A stretch of 64,000 nucleotides of DNA from an uncultured Clostridia bacterium (GTDB lineage: Bacteria; Bacillota; Clostridia; Christensenellales; UBA1242). The notes below the pieces were generated by a model. It did not search any database. It was given only the letters and a program-made list of their open reading frames with translations, and was not told the DNA's origin. The DNA lies in the NCBI GenBank assembly GCA_944383245.1, contig CALWOU010000002.1, positions 6,417 through 70,416 on the forward strand, in the 5' to 3' direction. This document shows positions 1-7,527 of this stretch, in pieces (position 1 is the stretch's first letter; every line of letters begins with the position of its first letter). The translations under genes and the position numbers were made by a program.

Positions 1-1
1 T

Positions 2-472
2 GATAGTGTGCTTATTATCGACCTTGAAAATGTCACTTACATTAGATATCTAAAAGGCGATAGTAGTTTTGGTGGATTTTTATTTGGAACTTTTATTTCC
101 GTGCTGATATTCTTTTTTATTGTTGTGATATGTAGTTGTAAAAAATACCTTTTCCCTCTTGCCGTTGTGTTTTATTTGTATCTAGTTTATAGCCAATTTG
201 TAATTTTTACTTGCATACTTTTAATATACGGATTTTTTAACACTTTAATCTTTTTATTATTTTTGCTTGTATATTTTCTTGCATTGTATGTGTTGTTTAT
301 TTTATTACTTTTATCCTTAACCAACTTATGCGGGCAAACAAACTTTTTTAGGTCTTGCTTTAATAGAGATTCAAATATTTTAATTCTGTTAATTTTATTT
401 TTGTTGTTAGTTTTAGCATTTGCATTAATATTAATGTTTTTAAAAAGTTATATAATTTTACTAATATATTGA
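2..472 (+). CDS. Hydrophobic multi-pass membrane protein of unknown function; the 5' end may lie outside the window
   Basis: The ORF track gives 8..472 (GTG start), but the frame stays open back to nt 2. The product is almost entirely F/L/I/V/Y stretches compatible with several TM helices. No catalytic motif was recognised. Confidence 0.45.
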   Translation, partial: DSVLIIDLENVTYIRYLKGDSSFGGFLFGTFISVLIFFFIVVICSCKKYLFPLAVVFYLYLVYSQFVIFTCILLIYGFFNTLIFLLFLLVYFLALYVLFILLLLSLTNLCGQTNFFRSCFNRDSNILILLILFLLLVLAFALILMFLKSYIILLIY

Positions 473-673
473 TAATTAAAATTTAAATTTAAAGTATAAA
501 AAATTAAAAAAAAATTATAAAATTATTGAAAAAATGCTATATTTTAGTATTTTTTATGAATTTTCTAATAAAAATTTAAGATTTTTTTATTTATTCGATT
601 TAAAAAATTAAAATAAAAAATTAAAAAAATACATAAAAATAAAATATTTAAAAAAACTAATCTTGAGGTGTTT

Positions 674-1828
674 ATGAAAAAGATTTTAACATTTAGTTTA
701 GTTTTAATTTTAATATTTGGAGTTTTTTTAATTCCGAGCAATGTAACAAGCGCTTATGCAAGTTCAAGTTTTGAGAGTAGCGTGGCGCACAAATCAAGTG
801 TGTTAATTGAAAAAAATTCAGGAAAAATTTTGTATGATAATAATTCAAGTGAACAACTTCCAATTGCAAGCGTTACAAAACTTATGACAATCCTTCTAAC
901 ACTCGAAAAAACCGATGCAGGCGAAATCAGTTTAACAGATAAAGTGACAGTAAGTGAAAATGCAAGCGGAATGGGAGGAAGTCAAATTTTTATAGACACA
1001 GGTTTAAGTTATGAACTTGGCGAACTATTAAAGTCCGTTATTGTTGCAAGTGCAAACGACTCAAGTGTTGCTCTCGCTGAATACATTGCAGGCAGTGAAG
1101 CAAATTTTGTTAAAATGATGAATGAACGCGCAAAAGAATTAAATCTTAAAAACACAAATTATGTTAACTGCACAGGGCTTCCAACTCCTGACGGATATTC
1201 GTGCGCCATTGATCAAGCAATAATTTTAAGCAAGGTTTTAAATTACGACACTTATCACACATATTCTTCAATTTGGCTTGAAGATTTTGTTCATCCAGAC
1301 GGTCGCACCACTCAAATGACAAACACAAATCGTCTATCTCGTTTTTATGACGGATGCATGGGCGGGAAAACAGGTTCAACAAATCAAGCAAAATATTGCC
1401 TTGCAGTTGGTGCAAAGCGCGGAGATATGGAACTCATCTCTGTTGTCCTTGGAGCAGATAACAGTAAAGAAAGATTTAAACTAGCAAGCGACTTATTAGA
1501 CTATGGTTTTAATAACTTTGAATCAAAAACAATCTTTAATAATTCCTCATTAAATGGAATGACAATTAGAATTAAAGGTATGGATAGAGTAACACACCTA
1601 AAAGCAGAACGCAATTACACACTTGTAACAGATAAAAACGAACAAGTAAACGTTTCGCTAAATTACAATCTTCCAAATATGTTAACCGAAGTGAAAGAAA
1701 ATCAGGTTGTAGGTAACGTTGAAATCATCATAGACGGGGTGGTGGTAGATAAAATCAACATATTATCCACCGAAACACACAACCCAGCCACAATTTGGGA
1801 TTACTTCAAAGAACTCACCAAGGCCTAA
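674..1828 (+). CDS. D-alanyl-D-alanine carboxypeptidase (low-MW PBP, peptidase S11)
   Basis: Signal peptide MKKILTFSLVLILIFGVFLIP. It has the SxxK (SVTKLMT), SxN (SANDS) and KTG (GKTGST) motifs. The ATG at 674 lies 5 nt after GAGG, in frame with the track ORF 668..1828. Confidence 0.9.
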   Translation: MKKILTFSLVLILIFGVFLIPSNVTSAYASSSFESSVAHKSSVLIEKNSGKILYDNNSSEQLPIASVTKLMTILLTLEKTDAGEISLTDKVTVSENASGMGGSQIFIDTGLSYELGELLKSVIVASANDSSVALAEYIAGSEANFVKMMNERAKELNLKNTNYVNCTGLPTPDGYSCAIDQAIILSKVLNYDTYHTYSSIWLEDFVHPDGRTTQMTNTNRLSRFYDGCMGGKTGSTNQAKYCLAVGAKRGDMELISVVLGADNSKERFKLASDLLDYGFNNFESKTIFNNSSLNGMTIRIKGMDRVTHLKAERNYTLVTDKNEQVNVSLNYNLPNMLTEVKENQVVGNVEIIIDGVVVDKINILSTETHNPATIWDYFKELTKA

Positions 1829-1921
1829 AATATCACAATAATTTAATTTAATAAACTAAAAAAAATAAAAATCAAAGATATTATACTAATTATGGTTTAA
1901 ATCTCAAATTTAAAATAAAAA

Positions 1922-1946
1922 ATAGCACATATTATGTGCTATTTTT
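1922..1946 (+). terminator. Rho-independent terminator after the carboxypeptidase gene, immediately left of attL
   Basis: ATAGCACAT-att-ATGTGCTAT is a 9-bp stem followed by TTTTT and preceded by an A-run, so it could work in both directions. Confidence 0.7.
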
Positions 1947-1970
1947 GGTAGTCCCAAGGGGAATCGAACC
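1946..1970. repeat. attL: displaced copy of the last 25 nt of tRNA-Glu
   Basis: It matches 7004-7028 at 25/25 positions. The flanking sequence differs on both sides. Confidence 0.85.
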
Positions 1971-2042
1971 AGAAAATATATAAAAATTTTAATTCTATAT
2001 TGTAAACAATATAGATTTTTTAATGTCCCGGCTCTATATTGT

Positions 2043-2540
2043 TTACTTATTTTTGTCTTGGTTGTTTTGTTTTTTCCCAGTTAAATATGATGTTATTGTA
2101 TCAATAGAACCTTTGTTAACATCATTAACGAATGGATAATTAGGATTTGTTGCATTTTCGTTAACTAGAAAGGTTGTATTTGTTATCTCATTGCTTGTGT
2201 TTTTAAAATGTTCTACTTTGTGATTTATTCCTTCACTTCGTATGGCTGAATAAAAATCTGCCACTCTTTGAATTTTATCATCACTTTCTTCTGCAAGTTC
2301 TTTTAACAATTGTTTTTTTAAATCACTGTGATAAAAAATATTGATAACATTACATTTTCTTCCTAGTAAATCATCAATACTAATTTGAAAAAAATCTGCT
2401 ATTTTGATTAAAGTTTCAATATTGGGTTCAGTAGTTCCGTTTTCATACCTGCTATATGATTGTTGATTCATACCTAATTTAAAAGCTATTTCACTTTGAG
2501 TTAAACCTATTTTTAAGCGATATTCTTTTAATTTTAACAT
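2043..2540 (-). CDS. XRE-family HTH repressor (cI-like) of the islet
   Basis: The N-terminus MLKLKEYRLKIGLTQSEIAFKLGMNQQSYSRYENG is a typical XRE/Cro-C1 HTH. It is transcribed divergently from the rightward genes across an operator-rich spacer. Confidence 0.85.
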   Translation of the reverse strand: MLKLKEYRLKIGLTQSEIAFKLGMNQQSYSRYENGTTEPNIETLIKIADFFQISIDDLLGRKCNVINIFYHSDLKKQLLKELAEESDDKIQRVADFYSAIRSEGINHKVEHFKNTSNEITNTTFLVNENATNPNYPFVNDVNKGSIDTITSYLTGKKQNNQDKNK

Positions 2541-2616
2541 ATTTTATATTCCTTTGTTACTTATAATATACCCTAATATTGACTATTTTACTATTTTTTT
2601 GAATATTTTTAAAAAT

Positions 2617-2696
2617 TTTACACAGTAACGGTGTAAAATGCTTGACTTTACTCTGTATTTATGTAAAATTATTAATGATACACTTAAATTGTGTTA
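2617..2696. promoter_or_regulatory. Genetic-switch region with two inverted-repeat operators flanking a rightward promoter
   Basis: TTTACAC-N7-GTGTAAA is a perfect inverted repeat at 2617-2637. The promoter is TTGACT (2642-2647), a 16-nt spacer, and TAAAAT (2664-2669). A second, imperfect inverted repeat ATACAC-N7-GTGTTA is at 2678-2696. GGTGTAAA recurs near 2991. Confidence 0.55.
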
Positions 2697-2708
2697 AAAG
2701 GAGTTTCT

Positions 2709-2945
2709 ATGAAAAAAACTATTTCAATTTCAAATTTGGACAAACAAACAAACTTTTATTATGTTTTTTGTAAAGGCGGCGTTGTTAAAATTCAAGACAA
2801 GCAACAGGCAATTAAACATCTAAAACAAAAAGAGCAATATTTTATTGTCCGCCTTTATGAAACCGTTGATGTCGATGTAAACGGCTTTGATGTTTTAAAG
2901 TGTATTTACTTCACCGGGTGTGGTATTAAACATCAAGAAATTTAA
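2709..2945 (+). CDS. Hypothetical small protein, first rightward gene of the islet
   Basis: The ATG at 2709 lies 5 nt after AAGGAG, in frame with track ORF 2691..2945. No motif was recognised. Confidence 0.55.
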   Translation: MKKTISISNLDKQTNFYYVFCKGGVVKIQDKQQAIKHLKQKEQYFIVRLYETVDVDVNGFDVLKCIYFTGCGIKHQEI

Positions 2946-3101
2946 ACAAATACAAAGTGCCAAAAATTGATAAAATTTGCGATTTAAGACGGTGTAAATT
3001 TAAAACTCGAACAATTTATCAAGCGAAGTATTTAACCCACGTTAGAATAAAAAAAACCGCCCAAAATCGCCCCAAAATGGCACTTTTAAAGGGAGTTAAA
3101 A

Positions 3102-3272
3102 ATGCGAAATTTTAAAGGTAAACAATTTTTGACGGAAAATGCGCTATTTATCGTACCAGGATATAAGCGCAAGATTGGTTATAACAACATTTGCAAACAG
3201 TGTTGTTATGATTGCAAGCAAGGTTGTAAAGTTGAATTACTTGCTTGTAAAAAGTTTAGCAATAAATGCTAA
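3102..3272 (+). CDS. Cys-rich 56-aa protein (below the ORF-track size cutoff)
   Basis: GGGAG lies 7 nt upstream of the ATG. My own translation is MRNFKGKQFLTENALFIVPGYKRKIGYNNICKQCCYDCKQGCKVELLACKKFSNKC, with 7 Cys in the last 26 residues. A 9-bp hairpin at about 3288-3316 follows it. Confidence 0.4.
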   Translation: MRNFKGKQFLTENALFIVPGYKRKIGYNNICKQCCYDCKQGCKVELLACKKFSNKC

Positions 3273-3431
3273 CGGAAGATTAGCATAAAATTTAACCGAT
3301 GTCAAGGTTAAATTTTAAAAATAATTGTTGAGAGTAATTAAAAACTCCACAATCTTTTGATTGCAGAGTTTCCGTTTGCGCGATTTGATACATATTTCAT
3401 TATATACGCAAAAACTCTCAATGTCAATTAT

Positions 3432-3466
3432 TTTTGTTTTAAAATGAGTCGCCAACAACTCAAATT
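3432..3466 (+). repeat. 35-nt islet-internal repeat, copy A
   Basis: TTTTGTTTTAAAATGAGTCGCCAACAACTCAAATT matches 5161-5195 at 34/35 positions. Here it runs into a 9-bp hairpin, CCAACAACT...AGTTGTTGG. Confidence 0.7.
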
Positions 3467-3517
3467 GTTAATTTTATAAGTTGTTGGTTATATAAAAATT
3501 TAAAAGGAGAGTTTATT

Positions 3518-3811
3518 ATGAAATTAACAAAATATCACAAAAGTTTAATAAGAAAGGCAGAAAAAGAAGCAAAGAATTATCAAAGAGAGAGATGTGACGA
3601 AAAAACGGAAATGATTATTCGCGCGGTTGAAAAAAGTGATTTTATGCGAGTATGTTTAAAAAAAGTTATGAAAGAGTTTGATTATTATGAACGTGTTTAT
3701 AGATTTTCAATTGAAGAGTGTAAAGATATTGAAAAGTTAGTTGACGATTTAATATTTAATACTTGTCTTTCAGTTTCAAGAAATAAACAAATTCACGTTG
3801 TTATGGAGTAG
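3518..3811 (+). CDS. Hypothetical protein
   Basis: 97-aa ORF with an AAGGAGAG ribosome-binding site. No motif was recognised. Confidence 0.6.
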   Translation: MKLTKYHKSLIRKAEKEAKNYQRERCDEKTEMIIRAVEKSDFMRVCLKKVMKEFDYYERVYRFSIEECKDIEKLVDDLIFNTCLSVSRNKQIHVVME

Positions 3812-3813
3812 TT

Positions 3814-4635
3814 ATGAAAGAATTAAATAATTTTGTATTCTTTCCGTCATTTTTGGAATGTGTTAAAAACGCGCCGGAAAACGAGCGCGCAGATATAGTT
3901 TATTGTATTGTTCAATATGGTATATATGGTAAAGTGCCGAAAAAGACGAGTTAAAGTTTTAAAATGATATTTCCGGCAATTAAGCCAATAATTGATGCTT
4001 CTGTTAAAAGATATAATTCACAGGTTGAAAATGGCAAAAAAGGTGGAAGACCGAAAAAAGATAAAAACCTAAATGAAACCCAAATAAAACCCAAAGATAA
4101 CCCACTTATAAGCCAAAATGAACCAAATATAAACCTAATAGAAACCCAAAAGAAAGGTAGTAATAAATTATTAAAAACCGAACAAAAACCCAACCAAAAC
4201 CTTAATAAGGAAAAGGAAAAGGATAAGGATAAGGAAAAGAATAAGGATATAAAAGAAGAACAACATCAAAAAGAAATAAATAAAGAAAAAGATTTTGATG
4301 TTGATGATGTTGATTTAGAAAAGAAAACTTTTTATTTCGAATGTTTAAATGGAAAGTTAAATAAAGTTGCTGATATTTTGGACACTAAAATTCATACGAG
4401 ATTAGAACAAATTATTTCATACATATTCGAAAAATCTTCTTTTATTGTTTCAAATGAAAAAATATCTTCTAATTTAATTTTTTCCAAAATTGTTTATTTA
4501 TTTGCCGGTACTGATGAAGAAATAGTCAACAGATTTAATGAAATATTTTTATCTATTGATAATGCTGAAAATGTTAGTAATAAACTTAACTATTCTGTAT
4601 CTACGTTATATCGTTATGCTTGTAATAATGGTTAA
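3814..4635 (+). pseudogene. Phage/plasmid-type gene (FxFxxSF...NGKKGGRPKK family) split by one in-frame TAA
   Basis: ORFs 3814..3954 (46 aa, my translation) and 3964..4635 are in the same frame and separated only by the TAA at 3952-3954. The joined product reads ...GIYGKVPKKTS*SFKMIFPAIKPIIDASVKRYNSQVENGKKGGRPKK, which looks like one continuous conserved N-terminal domain. Confidence 0.55.
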
Positions 4636-4646
4636 ATGGAGTGTTT

Positions 4647-5156
4647 ATGAATTTGTATTTGAAAGGTTTAAATTATTGTTATGTTGCTTATAGAGATGAT
4701 AAGTATAAATTTATTGAGTATGTTGCAGATACAAAAAAAGAACTAGCCAATGAATTAAAAATATCAATTAGTGCCTTATCTCATCTAATAAATCGAAAGG
4801 TGCAGTTTTCGAGAGGTCTAAAAATTGAAAGAGTTCAAATTGCTGATTTTTGTTTTGCAATTTATAAAAATATTCCAACAAATATTGACAATATTGTATT
4901 TATAACTAGAAGTTTTGACGCAATAGTTAAAAAATTTAAGATTAGTAAGATTTGTTTGTCAAAACTTTTAAAATTCTTTTTCTGCCCAAATTCGTATAAA
5001 CTGCGGGTAGATTGCAAAAAGCAATATTTTAATATCAACGATAAATATTTTGTCGGTCTTTTAGATTTGTTTGATTTAGATAGTCAAGATTTTCAAAAAG
5101 TTAATTGTAAACTTTTAAATGTTAATTATGAAGATATCGATGAAAAGTTATATTGA
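4647..5156 (+). CDS. Hypothetical protein with a probable HTH (ELANELKISISALSHLINRK)
   Basis: The ATG at 4647 follows GGAG, in frame with the track ORF 4641..5156. It contains an HTH-like segment. Confidence 0.6.
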   Translation: MNLYLKGLNYCYVAYRDDKYKFIEYVADTKKELANELKISISALSHLINRKVQFSRGLKIERVQIADFCFAIYKNIPTNIDNIVFITRSFDAIVKKFKISKICLSKLLKFFFCPNSYKLRVDCKKQYFNINDKYFVGLLDLFDLDSQDFQKVNCKLLNVNYEDIDEKLY

Positions 5157-5160
5157 CAAC

Positions 5161-5195
5161 TTTTGTTTTAAAATGAGTCGCCAATAACTCAAATT
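5161..5195 (+). repeat. 35-nt islet-internal repeat, copy B
   Basis: It matches 3432-3466 at 34/35 positions and starts 5 nt after the stop of ORF 4647..5156. Confidence 0.7.
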
Positions 5196-5274
5196 AGAGG
5201 CGAGATAAAATAAATACTAATGAATTATTTTTAAAATGGTTAAGTTAATTGACAGCGGACAAATACTAAGGGTT

Positions 5275-5316
5275 GTAAGGGCCGCGGTCCTTACGGGGTA
5301 AAGGGGCTCCCCCTTT
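5275..5316. other. Two adjacent GC-rich hairpins in the islet's non-coding block
   Basis: The first is GTAAGG-gccgcggt-CCTTAC (5275-5294). The second is AAAGGGG-ctc-CCCCTTT (5300-5316), followed by TCAACAACAAC. TCAACAACAA recurs at 5408-5417. Confidence 0.5.
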
Positions 5317-5514
5317 GTCAACAACAACTAATAAAGCCTATTTTATGTGATGAGTCTATTCATCCGAAAATTATTCGTAACCGAGATAAAGTGTAACGTG
5401 TGCTTTATCAACAACAAAAAAAGTTCGCTTAAAACTACACTAAGACGAGCGTTAGCGCAAACTAACTTTGCTTGTAATATTTAGATAATCCTAATTTTTT
5501 GCGAACAGCGTGAG

Positions 5515-5556
5515 CAGTCGGCACAATTACCTTTCTTGATGTAATTGTGCCGACTG
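5515..5556. repeat. Perfect 16-bp inverted repeat (long hairpin 1) upstream of int
   Basis: CAGTCGGCACAATTAC, a 10-nt loop, then GTAATTGTGCCGACTG, followed by AATTTTATCAAAATTG. Confidence 0.8.
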
Positions 5557-5644
5557 AGGGAATTTTATCAAAATTGCCCCTAAAAAAATTAAAAAATGCT
5601 TTCGTGCGTGCGTGGAAGCAAGAAATAAAAAAACGAACAAAGTG

Positions 5645-5686
5645 AGTTCGGCACAGTTCTCTTTTTTGATGTAATTGTGCTGACTG
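5645..5686. repeat. Degenerate second copy of the long hairpin (hairpin 2)
   Basis: AGTTCGGCACAGTTC...GTAATTGTGCTGACT has the same loop core (TTGATG) and the same trailing AATTTTATAAAAATTT. It lies 130 bp downstream of hairpin 1. Confidence 0.65.
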
Positions 5687-5751
5687 ACACAATTTTATAA
5701 AAATTTGGCAGTAAAAATATATCTTGCAATAGATAAAGAAACTAAAAAAAT

Positions 5752-6900
5752 ATGAATTTAGATAAAGATAATATTTCAAAATTACTTTCTAATTCAAAGT
5801 TTTTAGAAAGTTTAAATACATTGATTGAGTCGTTGCATACAGATAATGCGACAATTCTTTCAAACTCAAACAATTTAAAATATAAGGGAATTAAAGTTCA
5901 TAAAAACATTATTTCAAATTCATATTATGCAAGATTTCGCAAGAACGGAAAACAACATTTTGTTTCTGCTAAAACTAAAAAACAGTGTTATGAAAGGTTA
6001 AAAGACAAGTATATTCAAGTTGAAAAAGAAGAAAAGTTTAATAATAATTCAATGACTTTTATTGATTGGTATTATAAATGGCTAGACTTATATAAACTAA
6101 ACAAAGTTAAACAGGCCACTATTGAAGACTATGAAAAGTCATTAAAATATATACCGGACCATTTTAAAGAAACTAAATTTGTTTTAATCTCTGTTGAAGA
6201 TATTTTAATTGTTTTAAATTCAATAGAAAGACCAAGAACACGACAAAAAGTTTTTGAGTTAATGTCAATGATGTTTGATAAAGCAGAAAAGCACGATATT
6301 ATAACTAAAAATGTTATGTTGAGAGTTGAGAAACCGAAACACGAAAAACAAAATAGCCAATCACTAACAAAAGAACAGCAAGAAGAATTTATTTTTGTTT
6401 GTAAAAATGTTTTGCATGGCGATTATTTTCTTCTATGTTTATATCAAGGACTTAGGAAGGGCGAAGCGCTTGCTATAACCCGTGAAGATGTCGATTTTAA
6501 AAATAAAACTTTAAGAATAAACAAAAGTATAAATAAAAATAATCGTTTCGACACAACAAAGAACAAACAAAGTAATCGAATAATGCCGTTGTTTGATAAA
6601 ACAATACAAGAGTTGTTAAAATATCAAAATATACCTAGCGAAAAGCGAATTTTTAATTTTTCACCTAAAATACAACGCAAAACATTAAGTAAAATTAATG
6701 AAAAATTAGTATTTCATGTTAAAACGAAAGATTTGCGAACTACTTTTATAACTCGATGTCAAGAGAATAATATACCTGAATTTGTTATACAAAGTTGGGT
6801 AGGTCACAAAATAGGTAGTAAAGTCACAAGCTCAGTTTACACCAAACATAATCCGGAAATTGATTTTAAATATATAAATATATTTAATTCAATAATATAA
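5752..6900 (+). CDS. int: Tyrosine-type site-specific integrase
   Basis: It has GLRKGEALAI (Arg box), a KDLRTTFIT-type box and a C-terminal GHKIGSKVTSSVYTKH (His...Tyr). It sits directly next to the tRNA attachment site. Confidence 0.88.
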   Translation: MNLDKDNISKLLSNSKFLESLNTLIESLHTDNATILSNSNNLKYKGIKVHKNIISNSYYARFRKNGKQHFVSAKTKKQCYERLKDKYIQVEKEEKFNNNSMTFIDWYYKWLDLYKLNKVKQATIEDYEKSLKYIPDHFKETKFVLISVEDILIVLNSIERPRTRQKVFELMSMMFDKAEKHDIITKNVMLRVEKPKHEKQNSQSLTKEQQEEFIFVCKNVLHGDYFLLCLYQGLRKGEALAITREDVDFKNKTLRINKSINKNNRFDTTKNKQSNRIMPLFDKTIQELLKYQNIPSEKRIFNFSPKIQRKTLSKINEKLVFHVKTKDLRTTFITRCQENNIPEFVIQSWVGHKIGSKVTSSVYTKHNPEIDFKYINIFNSII

Positions 6901-6912
6901 TACTCGTGTAAT

Positions 6913-6942
6913 ACTCAACATTATTTTTATGTTGAGTTTTTT
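6913..6942 (+). terminator. Terminator after int
   Basis: ACTCAACAT-tattttt-ATGTTGAGT is followed by a T-run. Confidence 0.65.
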
Positions 6943-6969
6943 ATTTTTATAAAATCAATATCTAGTGTA

Positions 6970-7000
6970 AAAATAAAAATCTACCACTGTATGTGGTAGA
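6970..7000 (-). terminator. Element-supplied terminator downstream of tRNA-Glu
   Basis: On the minus strand, TCTACCAC-ataca-GTGGTAGA is followed by TTTTTATTTT. It occupies the position that the 1922-1946 hairpin would have held before integration. Confidence 0.6.
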
Positions 7001-7003
7001 AAA

Positions 7004-7028
7004 TGGTAGTCCCAAGGGGAATCGAACC
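7004..7028. repeat. attR: att core inside the functional tRNA-Glu 3' end
   Basis: It is identical to 1946-1970. Confidence 0.85.
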
Positions 7029-7078
7029 CCTGATCCCACCGTGAAAGGGTGGTGTCTTAACCGCTTGACCATGGGACC
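7004..7078 (-). tRNA. tRNA-Glu (anticodon UUC)
   Basis: The reverse complement folds by hand as a cloverleaf. The acceptor is GGTCCCA/TGGGACT, the anticodon stem is CCACC/GGTGG, the loop is CTTTCAC and the T-loop is GGGGTTCGATTCCCC. CCA is encoded. Confidence 0.9.
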
Positions 7079-7226
7079 ATGTCGCAACTCTCGCCATTGC
7101 TAGGGTGCTTATTTTGCCGTTTTACATTACTATGAAATGCTCGAGAATCTTAATTGTGGTTTTTATTAGTATCATCTTAAATGTGTTAAGAAGATGCGCT
7201 GGTTCTCTCCACCACCTCGCACCTTT

Positions 7227-7302
7227 TGGTGGCGATGGGTGGAATCGAACCACCGATCTATCGGGTATGAACCGATCGCTCTAACCGCTGGGCCACATCG
7301 CC
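7227..7302 (-). tRNA. tRNA with CAU anticodon (elongator Met, or Ile2 if lysidine-modified)
   Basis: The acceptor is GGCGATG/CATCGCC, the anticodon stem is ATCGG/CCGAT, the loop is TTCATAC and the T arm is GGTGG-TTCGATT-CCACC. CCA is encoded. It lacks the three G-C pairs typical of initiator tRNA. Confidence 0.88.
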
Positions 7303-7314
7303 TTATGCGAACTT

Positions 7315-7343
7315 ATTATAACGGATAAAAGAGGCATTGTCAA
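7315..7343 (-). promoter_or_regulatory. Consensus sigma-70-type promoter of the tRNA-Met/tRNA-Glu operon
   Basis: On the minus strand the elements are TTGACA, a 17-nt spacer and TATAAT. The -10 ends 12 nt before tRNA-Met. Confidence 0.75.
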
Positions 7344-7454
7344 GTTATTTTTATAAATTATTTATATTTTTTAAAAATTTTATAAAAAAAAGAAAAACTA
7401 ATCTTTTATAACTTGAAATAAAAGGCAAATTATGTTGCATACATTAGAAGATAT

Positions 7455-7490
7455 AAAAAAGCCAACTATTTAAATTAAGTTGGCATTTTT
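7455..7490 (-). terminator. Bidirectional terminator downstream of ftsK
   Basis: GCCAACT...AGTTGGC is a hairpin flanked by A6 and T5 runs. Confidence 0.65.
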
Positions 7491-7527
7491 ATACGGTTTT
7501 TTATGAGAAATGTGATTAATGGAGGGA

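Larger units (their letters stand above)
1946..7028. mobile_element. About 5.1-kb integrative islet in the 3' end of tRNA-Glu (minimal satellite or prophage remnant candidate)
   Basis: A perfect 25-bp direct repeat TGGTAGTCCCAAGGGGAATCGAACC bounds it at 1946-1970 and 7004-7028. A tyrosine integrase gene abuts the tRNA end. A divergent XRE repressor and rightward operon sit at the other end. Confidence 0.8.

Noticed and set aside
5462-5779. A 105-aa minus-strand ORF upstream of int
   Set aside because: It runs straight through both long hairpins and overlaps the int start. It has an odd composition (F/Y/C/K-rich from AT-rich DNA) and no ribosome-binding site.
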